Of a stretch of DNA of 64,000 nucleotides, positions 1 through 11,524 are shown piece after piece. The stretch is from NCBI GenBank assembly GCA_000146045.2, contig BK006948.2, positions 736,001 to 800,000 of the forward strand, in the 5' to 3' direction. Under the pieces are notes generated by a model. It saw only the letters and a program-made list of their open reading frames with translations, did no database searches and was not told the DNA's origin. Position 1 is the stretch's first letter, and each line of letters begins with the position of its first letter. Source of the DNA: TPA_inf: Saccharomyces. Lineage: Eukaryota. A program made the position numbers and the translations under genes.

Positions 1-436
1 TCAAACAAGATTGATGTTTGGAATATGACTCAGGACCTTATCTTTATCATAGTGAATGAATTAAGAAAGCAAAGGATTTCAATGGTACAGAATCTAACTC
101 AATATATCGCTTGTTATGAGGCATTATTAAATTATTTTGCCCTGCAAAAGCAGATAAAGAACGCGTTACCTTGTTAATAGAATTGTTTTTCTCCTATTAT
201 ACAAACACTTTTCGTTTTGATAAATTACATAACCTCTCGTTGCATTTTATTTCATTATATAGATACATTAAAAATAAAAAAAAATAAATCTACAATTAAC
301 AATCTCCTCATAAAGAAACACGGGTTTTTTTACGTACTCGCAACTTCATATAATGTTTTATTTTTGCGATATCAGCTGCATATCTATATGTCATATTTAT
401 AAAATCGCAGAGATGTCAGTACCCATAACTGAATAA

Positions 437-1726
437 TTAGGTCCATCTGTGCGCTTCGTTATCACCACTCCAACTTCGTTCAGTATATCCCAATTCCTCT
501 TTCACTCTCTTCACAGTGGCAGGATCTCCCATATTTTTACCTAAGTTATCAGAAATTTTGATAGCGTGATTACCATTTACTTCTAATAGTTTGATAACGA
601 TGTTTAACGGCTCACTTTTAACCTGGGGTTCTGACTTCTTACGAAAATCATTAGTAAAGTTTGTGCCAATACCGAATGTGGCTAGCATTCCATTCTCTTT
701 AGCTGCATGGGAGTAAGTTATTGCCTTTTCGACGTTCAAAGAATCGGAATAACAGATAATCTTCGAGAATTTAGGCAATTTCAACACGTCATGGTAATGG
801 TGGGAAATCTTTTTGGTATACTCAACTGGGTCTCCAGAATCTTGTCTAACACCGACGTAAGCATCAGAATATGGTGGACGGAATGATTTTAAAAAGTCAT
901 CAGTTCCAAAAGTATCCGTTAATGCTAAACCAGCATTTTTTGCACCAAAAGTATTGATCCAACAATCCATTGCATTTTTATTGGCATGCAAATAATCTTC
1001 ACTAATAGAAGCGACTCCCATAACCCACTCGTGAGCCACAGTACCGATTGGCTTGACTCCATATTTCTTGGCAAATAAAATATTTGATGTGCCTAATAAT
1101 AGCGATTTGTTTCTGTCTGGGTTACCGTTCACAGCTTTCATGATTCCTTGCATAATTAGATCTTGAGCCTTCAGAGATCTACGACGTCTTGTACCAAATT
1201 CACTGAATCTAATACCATTATCAAACAAAGTTTCCGCCTTCTTCTCAGCTTGTTCTAATTGGTTTTCGTAGTCCCAGTCGATGTCAACAAATTTAAAATA
1301 CGCTTCTGATATTAGGGACAGTAAGGGGATCTCATAAAGGATAGTATCCTTCCAACTACCACTGACTAAAATTTTCAATTTGTAGTGGGTGGGCTTGCCC
1401 TCGATTTCTTCTGAAGTGAAGGAAATCTGCTCTTCAGGGTGTAGTTTGTAATTAGAACTGCTAATATACTTAATATATGCCGATGGCAAATATGGGATTT
1501 CCTGTTTTAAGTATTCAATTTCCTCTTCTGTGAACCTCAAATTTCCCAAATACGAAAATTGCTCTTTCAACCAATTAATGGCTTCCTTATTGAAGGTCAA
1601 TTGGGACGACCTGTTGGTATATTTATAAGTAACTGTAACATCTGGAAAATTAGTGAAGACAGCAGCATGCATCGTAATCTTGTACATGTCTGTGTCCAAA
1701 AGAGACTTTATCACTGGTTCTGACAT
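437..1726 (-). CDS. NPT1: Nicotinate phosphoribosyltransferase (429 aa). The track ORF extends to 1756 via upstream codons; trimmed to the ATG giving MSEPVIKSLL.
   Basis: Translation recognised as yeast Npt1 (MSEPVIKSLLDTDMYKITMH...). NAPRTase family length. ATG verified at 1724-1726 on the minus strand. Confidence 0.9.
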   Translation of the reverse strand: MSEPVIKSLLDTDMYKITMHAAVFTNFPDVTVTYKYTNRSSQLTFNKEAINWLKEQFSYLGNLRFTEEEIEYLKQEIPYLPSAYIKYISSSNYKLHPEEQISFTSEEIEGKPTHYKLKILVSGSWKDTILYEIPLLSLISEAYFKFVDIDWDYENQLEQAEKKAETLFDNGIRFSEFGTRRRRSLKAQDLIMQGIMKAVNGNPDRNKSLLLGTSNILFAKKYGVKPIGTVAHEWVMGVASISEDYLHANKNAMDCWINTFGAKNAGLALTDTFGTDDFLKSFRPPYSDAYVGVRQDSGDPVEYTKKISHHYHDVLKLPKFSKIICYSDSLNVEKAITYSHAAKENGMLATFGIGTNFTNDFRKKSEPQVKSEPLNIVIKLLEVNGNHAIKISDNLGKNMGDPATVKRVKEELGYTERSWSGDNEAHRWT

Positions 1727-2319
1727 GGTTATCTTGCTTGGCGAAAATAGGTACAAAAGGCTAAATCCACCTTTCTTCTAAAATATTATCTACCGTTTGT
1801 TTCCTTACAGTGACGAATTGAAACAAAAAAACTGATGGGATCCAATTTACGTTTCGATAACTGTTGAAAGGCTCGTCATTTTGGTTAGTCAAAGACAACA
1901 ATTCTTTCATTTGCGAGTTTTTCCAGTCTTATAAGAACGGATCTGACGAATTTTTCACCCAGGCGCAGCAGCCATTTTTGTTGATATTTTGACGAATTTA
2001 CAACGTAAAAAAGTAAGATGAAGGGTTCATATATGCAAAAGCAGACCTGATAAATCTTTTCATATTCTTGAGGTTTTTAAGCCCAAAATAAGCTACTATC
2101 AGCACTCCGATGGCTACTACACTGGAAGTGTCAGCAATTGAGAACACAAAGATCACGTTGAACGAAAAGTAATTTCTCACTCGTTGTATTTGGTAAAAAA
2201 AATTTCATAAGAAAAAAAAAAAGAAACATTGAATAAAATCACAATGGGATGATAGTTAAAGTGTATTCAAACTGTAGAGTGTAGAACGTAAACCTCAATA
2301 AGCAAAATAATAATACAAA

Positions 2320-2532
2320 ATGATTGTCCCAGTCAGATGTTTCTCATGCGGTAAAGTTGTTGGTGACAAGTGGGAAAGCTACTTAAACTTGTTGCAAGAA
2401 GATGAGTTGGATGAAGGTACTGCATTGTCAAGATTAGGTCTAAAAAGATACTGCTGTAGAAGAATGATTCTAACCCACGTCGATCTTATTGAAAAGTTTT
2501 TAAGATACAACCCATTAGAAAAAAGAGATTAA
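2320..2532 (+). CDS. RPB10: RNA polymerase subunit ABC10-beta (70 aa), a zinc-binding CxxC...CC motif protein common to Pol I/II/III.
   Basis: The 70-aa translation [33 protein letters not shown]... matches Rpb10 in full. ATG at 2320. Confidence 0.92.
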
Positions 2533-2923
2533 GTGTTCCTCAATATGGCTGTTTTTGAACTTTTCTTTTCCTTGATGGATGAAAAAAAAAAGATGAGAGC
2601 GGTCATGAATATAGAAACGATAACCATTTATTCTCACACACTAAAAGAACTACACGACAACCAGATGTGTCTCTGCATACTGTAGGAATACCATTCTCTT
2701 CCAAAATAATAGAAAATAATATATATATATCTTTTGTTTACTCTTCAAGACGATAAAGGAAGTATGTAGATGTTACATCGTGCGATATAAGAGACTTGTA
2801 TACTATAAGAAAGAGCTTAGATGAAGGGTATGCCTTTATTTTTTCAGAAAAATACACCCTAGTAATTATATAACGGTAAAAAATGCTATTTACAAATTCT
2901 CTAATGACACTATTTATTTTACA

Positions 2924-5632
2924 TCATAAATTTTTGGAGACGCCCTTGTAGCTTTTCTTGAAAACCAAGATTGAATCTATTTTCTCCAAGGCTAATTCTA
3001 ACAGCTCCTTTCTCTTTTGCAATTCAATATGCCTTGAAATCTTCGGATCTTCCTTAGCAAACATTTCCACTTGTTCATCTCCCAACAATGTTAACCTTCT
3101 GTCTAATTCAATAGGGAAGTTATAAAAAAAATCGCTTAATAATTCAACGTTAAGGAATAAAACAGCTGTGGAGGTCAATTTATCACTAACTGCAGATAGA
3201 AATACCTCTGGACAACGATCCTTCTCAATTGTCGAATGACATTTGTTTTTCAACATTTTTAATCTGAACGATAACACTTTGCACCTTTTATCCAGGAAAA
3301 TAGCTTCAGAGCCTCTTTCCAATAGTAATTTGGACATGCCGAGTGTTTCTTTTTGCAAATTTGATTCATTTTCTAAATAGCCCATTACATTTGCTAATTT
3401 CTTACTGCCAACGGCATTTTTGATTGCCTGGTACCTTGAGTTACATTGACGTAATTCTTCCTTTATTAAATTAATGGAATGTTGACGAGCAAGGCTCCAG
3501 TCTCTTTCTTCCAAATCAATTTCATACTTGAAGGGTTTGATACAGTTCTCAACTTGATCAGCCGTTGAATAGTATTTACTGTTTAGAACGTTAATGGCTG
3601 TATTGCTAACAAGGTCTTTGATCAGTTCATGGTTTTTTAGTTGAGTAGACTCCAGAATGTTATCTAGCTCCTTTAAAATTGCATTGGTAGTAAGCATTGT
3701 AGATAATCTACCAATGCCCATTTTAGTTAAGCCGGATGATGCGAGTTCCAATTTTTTATGCCAATATAGCATATCGGTATCACTTTCCAGCTTAGAGGAA
3801 GATAGATCCTGAAGATTATCATCCTTCCAATACCGTGTAGCCAAAACATCTAAAACTTTCTGATCCAATTCTGCTCTCAAGATTGATTTCAGTTCATTTC
3901 TATGAAATTTTTCCTGAAACTCTTTAATACCCAACTTTAGTACATCTATATTATTCAAAAGGTATGATTTAGGAGTTAGATGCCTGTCGTTAAACTCTAC
4001 TTTAAACAAATAAGAAGTATCATCCAACTCTTGTTGAATAAGTGTTGAAGTCGGCTCCAGCGCATTTGACATGGAAATCTCCAAGATTTTGATCAACTTT
4101 TCTCTCAATTTCTTAGTGGAAACTTGGCAATTGGTAAAATACTTTTTGTTTTCTTTGAAATAAGCTTTTTCAAATTGATGAGACACAATTTGTTTTAAAC
4201 CATTGGTATTTTCTTCTCCGCTACTTTGGCCGTGCTGGCCTTTTGAAAATATCCCACTTAATGACGAAGAAGGTGCTTCACCGAAAAGACCTAGGTGTTT
4301 TCTGTTTATACTACTTGGTGTCTTAGTAATCACTCCTACATAGCCCATACTGAGAGGATATTTTTTATTATTCAAGATGCTTCTTGCTTTTTCAGGATCC
4401 ACCAAATCCAGTTTGGTAATGACACCTATCGTTCTCAAGCCTTTAGGATCTGCCGCTTTAGAAGCTTTCAAAGCAGAACTATTAGCCAGGTCAACATCCG
4501 CAGCAGAAATTGCTAAAATAATATTAGGTGCAGTCAAATATTTTTCGCAGAGGTCACGGATTTTTGTTTTCAGTTCTATTGGCTGGTCTGCCGCTTCCAC
4601 TTGTATATAGCCAGGTAGATCCACCAATGATAAATCTGGAACGCGGGACGATTTGATTGTCAATTGAATAGGCTCCTCTGAAACAGCCTCTGAAGTCGGA
4701 ACGGCCATGTTCAGTTCCATTAGCATTCTTTTCACCTCTTTAAAGTCCTTGATATTGTATAGACGCATGCTTGGAAAATCAGCTGTTACATTATTCGAGT
4801 TAGGTGTATTGACCAAAGTCAATTCAATGGGTCTTCTTGTGACCATGTTGGAACCTTTTGGTAAGAATTCCCTCCCAACAATGGATTCTAGTACTGAGGA
4901 TTTACCAGACGATTGTGAACCTATCACGACAATAGATGGTAAAGTTAAATGTGCAGAAGAAGAGTCCACTTTATTCAAAATAGTTCTAATTTCAATCATT
5001 TGTTTGGTTAAGTTTAACATTTCGTCTTGCGTTGTATCTACAGAATCGTTTTCATCATCCTCGTCATCATCATCTTCGTCGTCATCATCTTTAGGATCTC
5101 CTTGCCTCTTACTTTCGTCATCGTCGAGTGATGTAGCGGCTATTAGAGTAGCAGTTGGCACCGTTCCATCGTTTCCATGACCACCGTCTTGTGACTTATC
5201 ACCGGAAAACATTTTATTAAACTTTTCCTTCATCGATTCACCTAAATCCTTGATTCGATCTAGTTTGTCCTTAGTAAAAGAGCTAGCTTCTTCCATCTTA
5301 TAAGCTATATAACTCCCTGCAGCAGCCATCCCGCCACCCACATATATGGGTAACCTAATAATTTTAGATATAATTTTAGGAAAATGTGATATCGATCTCC
5401 TGGTGATAACAAAACTCAAAGCATTGGCATGTGCTGATCTGTGAACATTGCTCATGCGGCTGTGTAAGTGCACCAACGGACTTTTGATGTAAGGAGAGCT
5501 ATATAGTATCGCCGGATGCGTAGCAAGCTGTCTTCTCAGAATTAAAAGCCGTACTGGGCTCGCATTCATCCTTACTAATGTGTTATAGTTCGCCACTCTT
5601 GGGATGGCCCTTAATGAAGTAGAATTACTCAT
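2924..5632 (-). CDS. MGM1: Mitochondrial dynamin-like GTPase (fusion, cristae). The ORF is 902 aa from the first ATG (5632). A second in-frame ATG at 5569 gives 881 aa starting MNASPVRLL.
   Basis: Dynamin GTPase motifs (GSQSSGKSS P-loop, DLPG, TKLD) and recognisable Mgm1 sequence. N-terminal presequence region and an acidic D/E tract. Confidence 0.9.
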   Translation of the reverse strand: MSNSTSLRAIPRVANYNTLVRMNASPVRLLILRRQLATHPAILYSSPYIKSPLVHLHSRMSNVHRSAHANALSFVITRRSISHFPKIISKIIRLPIYVGGGMAAAGSYIAYKMEEASSFTKDKLDRIKDLGESMKEKFNKMFSGDKSQDGGHGNDGTVPTATLIAATSLDDDESKRQGDPKDDDDEDDDDEDDENDSVDTTQDEMLNLTKQMIEIRTILNKVDSSSAHLTLPSIVVIGSQSSGKSSVLESIVGREFLPKGSNMVTRRPIELTLVNTPNSNNVTADFPSMRLYNIKDFKEVKRMLMELNMAVPTSEAVSEEPIQLTIKSSRVPDLSLVDLPGYIQVEAADQPIELKTKIRDLCEKYLTAPNIILAISAADVDLANSSALKASKAADPKGLRTIGVITKLDLVDPEKARSILNNKKYPLSMGYVGVITKTPSSINRKHLGLFGEAPSSSLSGIFSKGQHGQSSGEENTNGLKQIVSHQFEKAYFKENKKYFTNCQVSTKKLREKLIKILEISMSNALEPTSTLIQQELDDTSYLFKVEFNDRHLTPKSYLLNNIDVLKLGIKEFQEKFHRNELKSILRAELDQKVLDVLATRYWKDDNLQDLSSSKLESDTDMLYWHKKLELASSGLTKMGIGRLSTMLTTNAILKELDNILESTQLKNHELIKDLVSNTAINVLNSKYYSTADQVENCIKPFKYEIDLEERDWSLARQHSINLIKEELRQCNSRYQAIKNAVGSKKLANVMGYLENESNLQKETLGMSKLLLERGSEAIFLDKRCKVLSFRLKMLKNKCHSTIEKDRCPEVFLSAVSDKLTSTAVLFLNVELLSDFFYNFPIELDRRLTLLGDEQVEMFAKEDPKISRHIELQKRKELLELALEKIDSILVFKKSYKGVSKNL
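5046..5099 (-). repeat. MGM1: Coding GAT/GAC/GAA-rich tract encoding KDDDDEDDDDEDDEND in MGM1.
   Basis: Seen directly. Its antisense reading frame gives the spurious poly-Ser ORF 4707..5180. Confidence 0.85.
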
Positions 5633-6909
5633 GCTTTCAGAGTATTATGGTGAATATGCGAGGCTATATTATAAGTACGAAAAGAATGGAAAAGCCTAAG
5701 AATAAAATGATATCTGTACTACCCAAAAAGAGGCTTTTTCGTGTTCTCCCGTTAACTGGTGTGAACCTTCCTAGCTGATTATGTCTTGCCTTTCAATAGA
5801 ACGCTACTATTTTGTTTTTAACGGTACAAGGAAATATTAACAACTTGCATATTGATCATCGAATACGAAGCGCTGAATGAGGGTTAATTTCATAGTAAAT
5901 CTTTCATGGACAGAAATATTTGAAATATATTTCCTCAAAGAGTACACTAGATCCATTCATATTTTAGGCTTCCTATGGAAACCGTTTTTTCAAGGATAAA
6001 CCCCGCCATATGTTCTTTGCGAAGTCTTTTGCAGTTAAAACTAATTACAACTCTGTTATTTACTGACACCTGCGTTAAAATTTTATCACAATATGTCATC
6101 CGCTGAGAGAGATGTACTATTTATAATTACTTAAGAGCGACTACTTCATTTACCATTAGCGAGCAGAAGAACAGCTTACTTGTCGATGTTCTTCTCTGGC
6201 TAAATGAAATGTCAATTATTGAGATTGAGATGGGTATGTATGATCGGATTTTGATATCAGCCGATGAGACGAAGATTCAATAGCTTCAACCGTCCCTGCG
6301 GGGGGTACTTACCTTTTGTAACCAGTACCCTGTGCAAATTCTCGGCGTGTACTACCTCTTTTGGGACCACAACCCTTTGTACGCACTTTCGTCAGATGCA
6401 AATTTTTACACGCGTTGAAAAATGTTTCAGGAAGAGATACTGCGTAAAAAAAAGACACATGTGTTACGCAGGAAAAAGTTTGTGAGGCTTTTTGCCTTAA
6501 CAGATTGACTTGTAGCCCTGTTAGGTTTACCCAACAGTTGTTTTTCTGTGTGTCGAAAATTTTTTCAGATTGTTTTCAACTGACACTTGCCTGTTTCATA
6601 TTAGTTGTAACTTAAACTTTCAAACATAAAACTTTTTTGGAAGTCCATCCTTCACATGACTTGAATCCCTTCAATATCGAAACAGTATCCTCAAAATCTC
6701 TTATCACTTTTCTAATTGTTTTCTTCCCCTTTTTGTAGTAACTCGCTGTAAAGCACATTTTATTCATAATCTCCTTTGTGCCAGAACTCAAGGTCAATAG
6801 GCCAGAATTATTGGAAGGAAAGAGGGAAGAAAATACGATATTGCTAGTTCATTAAGTCAAGGAAGAAAATACTCAAAAAACTGTACAGCTCAATCAGGTA
6901 CACATTACG

Positions 6910-8181
6910 ATGGCAGCACATCAGATGGACTCGATAACGTATTCTAATAATGTCACCCAACAGTATATACAACCACAAAGTCTACAGGATATCTCTGCAG
7001 TGGAGGATGAAATTCAAAATAAAATAGAGGCCGCCAGACAAGAGAGTAAACAGCTTCATGCTCAAATAAATAAAGCAAAACACAAGATACAAGATGCAAG
7101 CTTATTCCAGATGGCCAACAAAGTTACTTCGTTGACCAAAAATAAGATCAACTTAAAGCCAAATATCGTGTTGAAAGGCCATAATAATAAAATCTCAGAT
7201 TTTCGGTGGAGTCGAGATTCAAAACGTATTTTGAGTGCAAGTCAAGATGGCTTTATGCTTATATGGGACAGTGCTTCAGGTTTAAAACAGAACGCTATTC
7301 CATTAGATTCTCAATGGGTTCTTTCCTGCGCTATTTCGCCATCGAGTACTTTGGTAGCAAGCGCAGGATTAAACAATAACTGTACCATTTATAGAGTTTC
7401 GAAAGAAAACAGAGTAGCGCAAAACGTTGCGTCAATTTTCAAAGGACATACTTGCTATATTTCTGACATTGAATTTACAGATAACGCACATATATTGACA
7501 GCAAGTGGGGATATGACATGTGCCTTGTGGGATATACCGAAAGCAAAGAGGGTGAGAGAATATTCTGACCATTTAGGTGATGTTTTGGCATTAGCTATTC
7601 CTGAAGAGCCAAACTCAGAAAATTCTTCGAACACATTCGCTAGCTGTGGATCAGACGGGTATACTTACATATGGGATAGCAGATCTCCGTCCGCTGTACA
7701 AAGCTTTTACGTTAACGATAGTGATATTAATGCACTTCGTTTTTTCAAAGACGGGATGTCGATTGTTGCAGGAAGTGACAATGGTGCGATAAATATGTAT
7801 GATTTAAGGTCGGACTGTTCTATTGCTACTTTTTCTCTTTTTCGAGGTTATGAAGAACGTACCCCTACCCCTACTTATATGGCAGCTAACATGGAGTACA
7901 ATACCGCGCAATCGCCACAAACTTTAAAATCAACAAGCTCAAGCTATCTAGACAACCAAGGCGTTGTTTCTTTAGATTTTAGTGCATCTGGAAGATTGAT
8001 GTACTCATGCTATACAGACATTGGTTGTGTTGTGTGGGATGTATTAAAAGGAGAGATTGTTGGAAAATTAGAAGGTCATGGTGGCAGAGTCACTGGTGTG
8101 CGCTCGAGTCCAGATGGGTTAGCTGTATGTACAGGTTCATGGGACTCAACCATGAAAATATGGTCTCCAGGTTATCAATAG
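6910..8181 (+). CDS. STE4: Heterotrimeric G-protein beta subunit of the pheromone pathway (423 aa), a WD40 repeat protein.
   Basis: Translation recognised as Ste4 (MAAHQMDSITYSNNVTQQY... N-terminal coiled coil, seven WD repeats, C-terminal WSPGYQ). ATG at 6910. Confidence 0.9.
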   Translation: MAAHQMDSITYSNNVTQQYIQPQSLQDISAVEDEIQNKIEAARQESKQLHAQINKAKHKIQDASLFQMANKVTSLTKNKINLKPNIVLKGHNNKISDFRWSRDSKRILSASQDGFMLIWDSASGLKQNAIPLDSQWVLSCAISPSSTLVASAGLNNNCTIYRVSKENRVAQNVASIFKGHTCYISDIEFTDNAHILTASGDMTCALWDIPKAKRVREYSDHLGDVLALAIPEEPNSENSSNTFASCGSDGYTYIWDSRSPSAVQSFYVNDSDINALRFFKDGMSIVAGSDNGAINMYDLRSDCSIATFSLFRGYEERTPTPTYMAANMEYNTAQSPQTLKSTSSSYLDNQGVVSLDFSASGRLMYSCYTDIGCVVWDVLKGEIVGKLEGHGGRVTGVRSSPDGLAVCTGSWDSTMKIWSPGYQ

Positions 8182-8534
8182 CTTCGAATTGGAAATACTG
8201 TGAGCAGTAATTATCAATGGATGCTATTATATAAATATACATACCTACACCCATCCCATATTTACATAGAATAACAACAGTAACATTAGTTCTGTGGAAG
8301 CGCAAAAACGTCCTTTAATAAAGTAAGTCAAAACATTCAACAATGAAAATTCAAAGCATTGTCATTTGCTTCCTTTTTCTCTTTGGATAAACGAAACAAA
8401 AACGAACAAAAGTGTCATGCACTCAAAAATTCTTTTCAATCGTTTTGGAAACAGTATTATTCACTGACTTATTTGACCAACTTGCTAGAATCATCTATGT
8501 TTTCAGGCATTGTTTAATTTCATGATGGCTGTCC

Positions 8535-9281
8535 CTACTTTAGCTTGTTATGAGCCTTCACTGGCTCGTCCTTATGTATTGCGTCTGACCCAAAATTTGT
8601 CCTTTCTTGTTTAGTGGAATTTTTGTTCGGTAATTTCAAAAATGCCTGAATTTTCATTAACAAATCATCTGGTAGTTGTGTTATAAACATAAAAAACTGC
8701 TCCCTTCTGGGATGATTTTCAATTGCTCTCTGTACTGCAGGATCATTCAATATCATCTGAACCACGTCCGTCATCATATCCTCATCTATAAGCGCAAGGC
8801 TTTTAATCCAGGGCAAATCGGCTATACGAAGAGACATTTCTTCCTCCGGAGACACTACTTTCCACGGGAGATCAAAATATTTAGATAGTTCACTATTGAG
8901 ATGTGAGAATTCATGAGGCACATCAACGGTATAGTCAACTGCATATGCATCATCTTCAAACGTTAAGTCATGTTCAATGCTAAACTTTCCAGCGTTACCT
9001 ATAAAAAAGCATTCTATTTTTAAGTTAAACTCTCCCCAACCGGTTTCCTTGATAAAAAATGGCAGCGAGTTCAGTCGTCTTTTGGGCTGTTTGAAGCTAG
9101 AGTGCAAATGGTAGATGCATTTAGAGAGGATGGTAGGCTCCACTTCCTTTCCTGTTGCATCTAACATGAGGAGTTCCATCTGCCACCGACGTAAGGGAAG
9201 TTCATTTCCCCGGATGTTTTGTTCCGGTATTATAACCTGTTGTGTTTTTACTCTGAAAGTGACTTCTATTGAATGATCCAT
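8535..9281 (-). CDS. SAS5: YEATS-domain subunit of the SAS acetyltransferase complex (248 aa). Track ORF trimmed to the Met giving MDHSIEVTFRV.
   Basis: YEATS-like N-terminal domain. Position between STE4 and YOR214C matches the chrXV order. ATG verified at 9279-9281 on the minus strand. Confidence 0.75.
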   Translation of the reverse strand: MDHSIEVTFRVKTQQVIIPEQNIRGNELPLRRWQMELLMLDATGKEVEPTILSKCIYHLHSSFKQPKRRLNSLPFFIKETGWGEFNLKIECFFIGNAGKFSIEHDLTFEDDAYAVDYTVDVPHEFSHLNSELSKYFDLPWKVVSPEEEMSLRIADLPWIKSLALIDEDMMTDVVQMILNDPAVQRAIENHPRREQFFMFITQLPDDLLMKIQAFLKLPNKNSTKQERTNFGSDAIHKDEPVKAHNKLK

Positions 9282-9592
9282 AAAAGAGCGTCTATTATAT
9301 GGCACCAAAAAAAAAAAAAAGGGCTTTTGGAGTCAAGAGTAAAAACAATTTAGTCTGTAGAAAAACTTGAGTTGCTGCACTTCCTCTTCACCCGAACATG
9401 GCTGTTCTAGTTTGTTGTCGTGCAACTCTCTAATGGTGATGACTTATTGATGTGGCTTTGATTTTTTCTTGCCCGTGTAACGCGACCGCGCCAGCTGTAA
9501 ACGTCACTAAATAATACCATTAATTGGTCATTTGCTTATATGTTATATAAATGCTTTCTCTATCAAAACTTTGATTATATGACTGCCGAACT

Positions 9593-10303
9593 TTAAGGGT
9601 GAAGTAACAAGTACAGACCAAATAGAAAAGATAAGATTCCCATCGACGGCATTAAGGAGGATGATGAATTTTCGTATCCCCCAATAGTTGTAATATTTCC
9701 CGGGGTGATTGTTGGGAAAATCTCAACGCTGGTAACACCCGTGGATAAAGCTAAACTTGTCGTACTAGATAAATAAGAAATGGTGCTCGTTAATGTTGCA
9801 GTACTTGTCGGCATTTCACTATTATTGATGATGCTCATATTAGTTACTAAAATATCTTCATACGCGTAAATTTTCGGTTTCGGAATCTCTTCAAATACCT
9901 CGTCTGCCCCGACTTTCTTCTGTATGCTGTCTTCCATAATTTCATGTAGAATACTTTCAATTTGAGAAAACTTTTTGTGCTCCACTATTGTTAGAGGATC
10001 TTCCAACAGAAAATCTATAACAGATTTGGAAGCAAGGACCGTATCGGTATGTTCTTGAGAATCAACAGCTCGCGGCTCCTCCGGTAAATCTGCTAATACT
10101 AAGTATGGATTAAACTCCATTTGATTTAGCAGAGCTGGTGGTAATGAGTTTTTATCCAAATGGAAAACTAAAGGACCAGGTTCATTTTGTCCTGTTTCAT
10201 CTTCTTCATACTCATCTGATGTAAAAGTAATTGAGTATTTGGTAGCAAACACTTGTGCCATAAAAAAGGCGAAGAAAAGGGAGGATAGATATAATCCTAA
10301 CAT
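9593..10303 (-). CDS. SPR2: Secretory/GPI-type protein, YOR214C (236 aa). N-terminal signal peptide, C-terminal hydrophobic tail, S/T-rich region.
   Basis: Signal peptide MLGLYLSSLFFAFFMAQVFA and C-terminal hydrophobic segment. Assigned as YOR214C by position. The symbol SPR2 is from memory and less certain than the ORF itself. Confidence 0.6.
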   Translation of the reverse strand: MLGLYLSSLFFAFFMAQVFATKYSITFTSDEYEEDETGQNEPGPLVFHLDKNSLPPALLNQMEFNPYLVLADLPEEPRAVDSQEHTDTVLASKSVIDFLLEDPLTIVEHKKFSQIESILHEIMEDSIQKKVGADEVFEEIPKPKIYAYEDILVTNMSIINNSEMPTSTATLTSTISYLSSTTSLALSTGVTSVEIFPTITPGNITTIGGYENSSSSLMPSMGILSFLFGLYLLLHP

Positions 10304-10724
10304 TTCAATAAGGATCAAAAAAGAGAATGGGATACAAAACTTTACTTTCCTTCCTTTCGTGCTAGTTACTGGCTTGGTGTTGTTCTTTAGTTATGTGTAG
10401 CAATGTTAGCTGCTGGTTTTTTGTCTTGGATAACTACAAATACTTTCAGGAAAAGAATAATTTATACATTATACAAAAGCGGCCTCTTTTATAAACAAAG
10501 GGCAAATGACAGTTAGCAAGACATATCATGGTTGCCATGGGACACAAAAACGTAGCCACAAAAAAAAAAAAAAAGGTGAAAGGAAGCGAGCATTAATTTT
10601 TTATTTTAATATGTAACTGTGATATGTATTAACAAAGTATCTTTCATAATTTTTGACGAATATTTTTACTTCTTTTTTACTATTGAAGGTTGGGCTGTGA
10701 TTCATCGCGCAGAAAACAAGGACC

Positions 10725-11282
10725 TCATTTGAAAATTTCCTTGAATTGCTTAACAATGCTATTTTTGATGGCAGTTGGAGATGTCTTCCATTCTGTTGGC
10801 AATGACTTCCAGTCGATTTCTCCCATGATTTCCTTAATTTGAACTTTTTTTTCACCTGCCTTTGTTTTGAGGGCGTCCAGTAATTTCTTCACATTTTGAT
10901 CAATATCAAGCTCTGAAGACACTGGCAATTGGTCCATATATTTCTTTATAATGTCCATTTCACCTTGCTCTTTGGCCACCAGATCGTCCCTCTTGTTAGC
11001 AAGGAACTCATTGATCGAGTCCTTTCTTTGAGATATTAACTTGGAGTACATGTCGTACAGGGAGTACTCATCAGCGCTCTTCCCTTTTAAAGCAATTTCT
11101 TTGTTTTTTATGGCAGATAACATATTTCTGATTGCTGTCTTCTTCATCTCATCCTTGGCAATCATAGCCTTTTTCAAATCTCCTTTCAATAGGCTGACTG
11201 CAGCCGTGTAGGCTGGAGAACTGTTATAACGAATGAAGGTTAGTCTATTTGAAACAAGTGGCCTAATTGATTGTCTGAACAT
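10725..11282 (-). CDS. AIM41: Mitochondrial protein with a GatB/YqeY-like domain, YOR215C (185 aa).
   Basis: YqeY-like sequence with an N-terminal presequence ([19 protein letters not shown]). Assigned by position and length. Confidence 0.7.
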   Translation of the reverse strand: MFRQSIRPLVSNRLTFIRYNSSPAYTAAVSLLKGDLKKAMIAKDEMKKTAIRNMLSAIKNKEIALKGKSADEYSLYDMYSKLISQRKDSINEFLANKRDDLVAKEQGEMDIIKKYMDQLPVSSELDIDQNVKKLLDALKTKAGEKKVQIKEIMGEIDWKSLPTEWKTSPTAIKNSIVKQFKEIFK

Positions 11283-11524
11283 CTTGGAATAGTGTTATTT
11301 GCTGTATTCCCCAACTTTATCCCAAAGTCTTTTTTCTCCAGTTCATTACTTCTGTAAAAAATGTTGCAGATCCTTTTTCTTCCCTTTAATTTTGAGTCCT
11401 TCCCCCCGAAAAGTCCCAGATGCCGGGTAGATGTGATTTATATCATTTATCGTTTATAGAGTATAAATTGGGTGATGCTACACTAAGTACGTATGCTCTT
11501 CTGAACTAGACTTAGTTTGCCCGA

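Noticed and set aside
4707-5180. 157-aa plus-strand ORF with a 15-residue poly-Ser run
   Set aside because: It is antisense to the MGM1 acidic GAT/GAC tract (5046-5099). It is a reverse-complement artefact.
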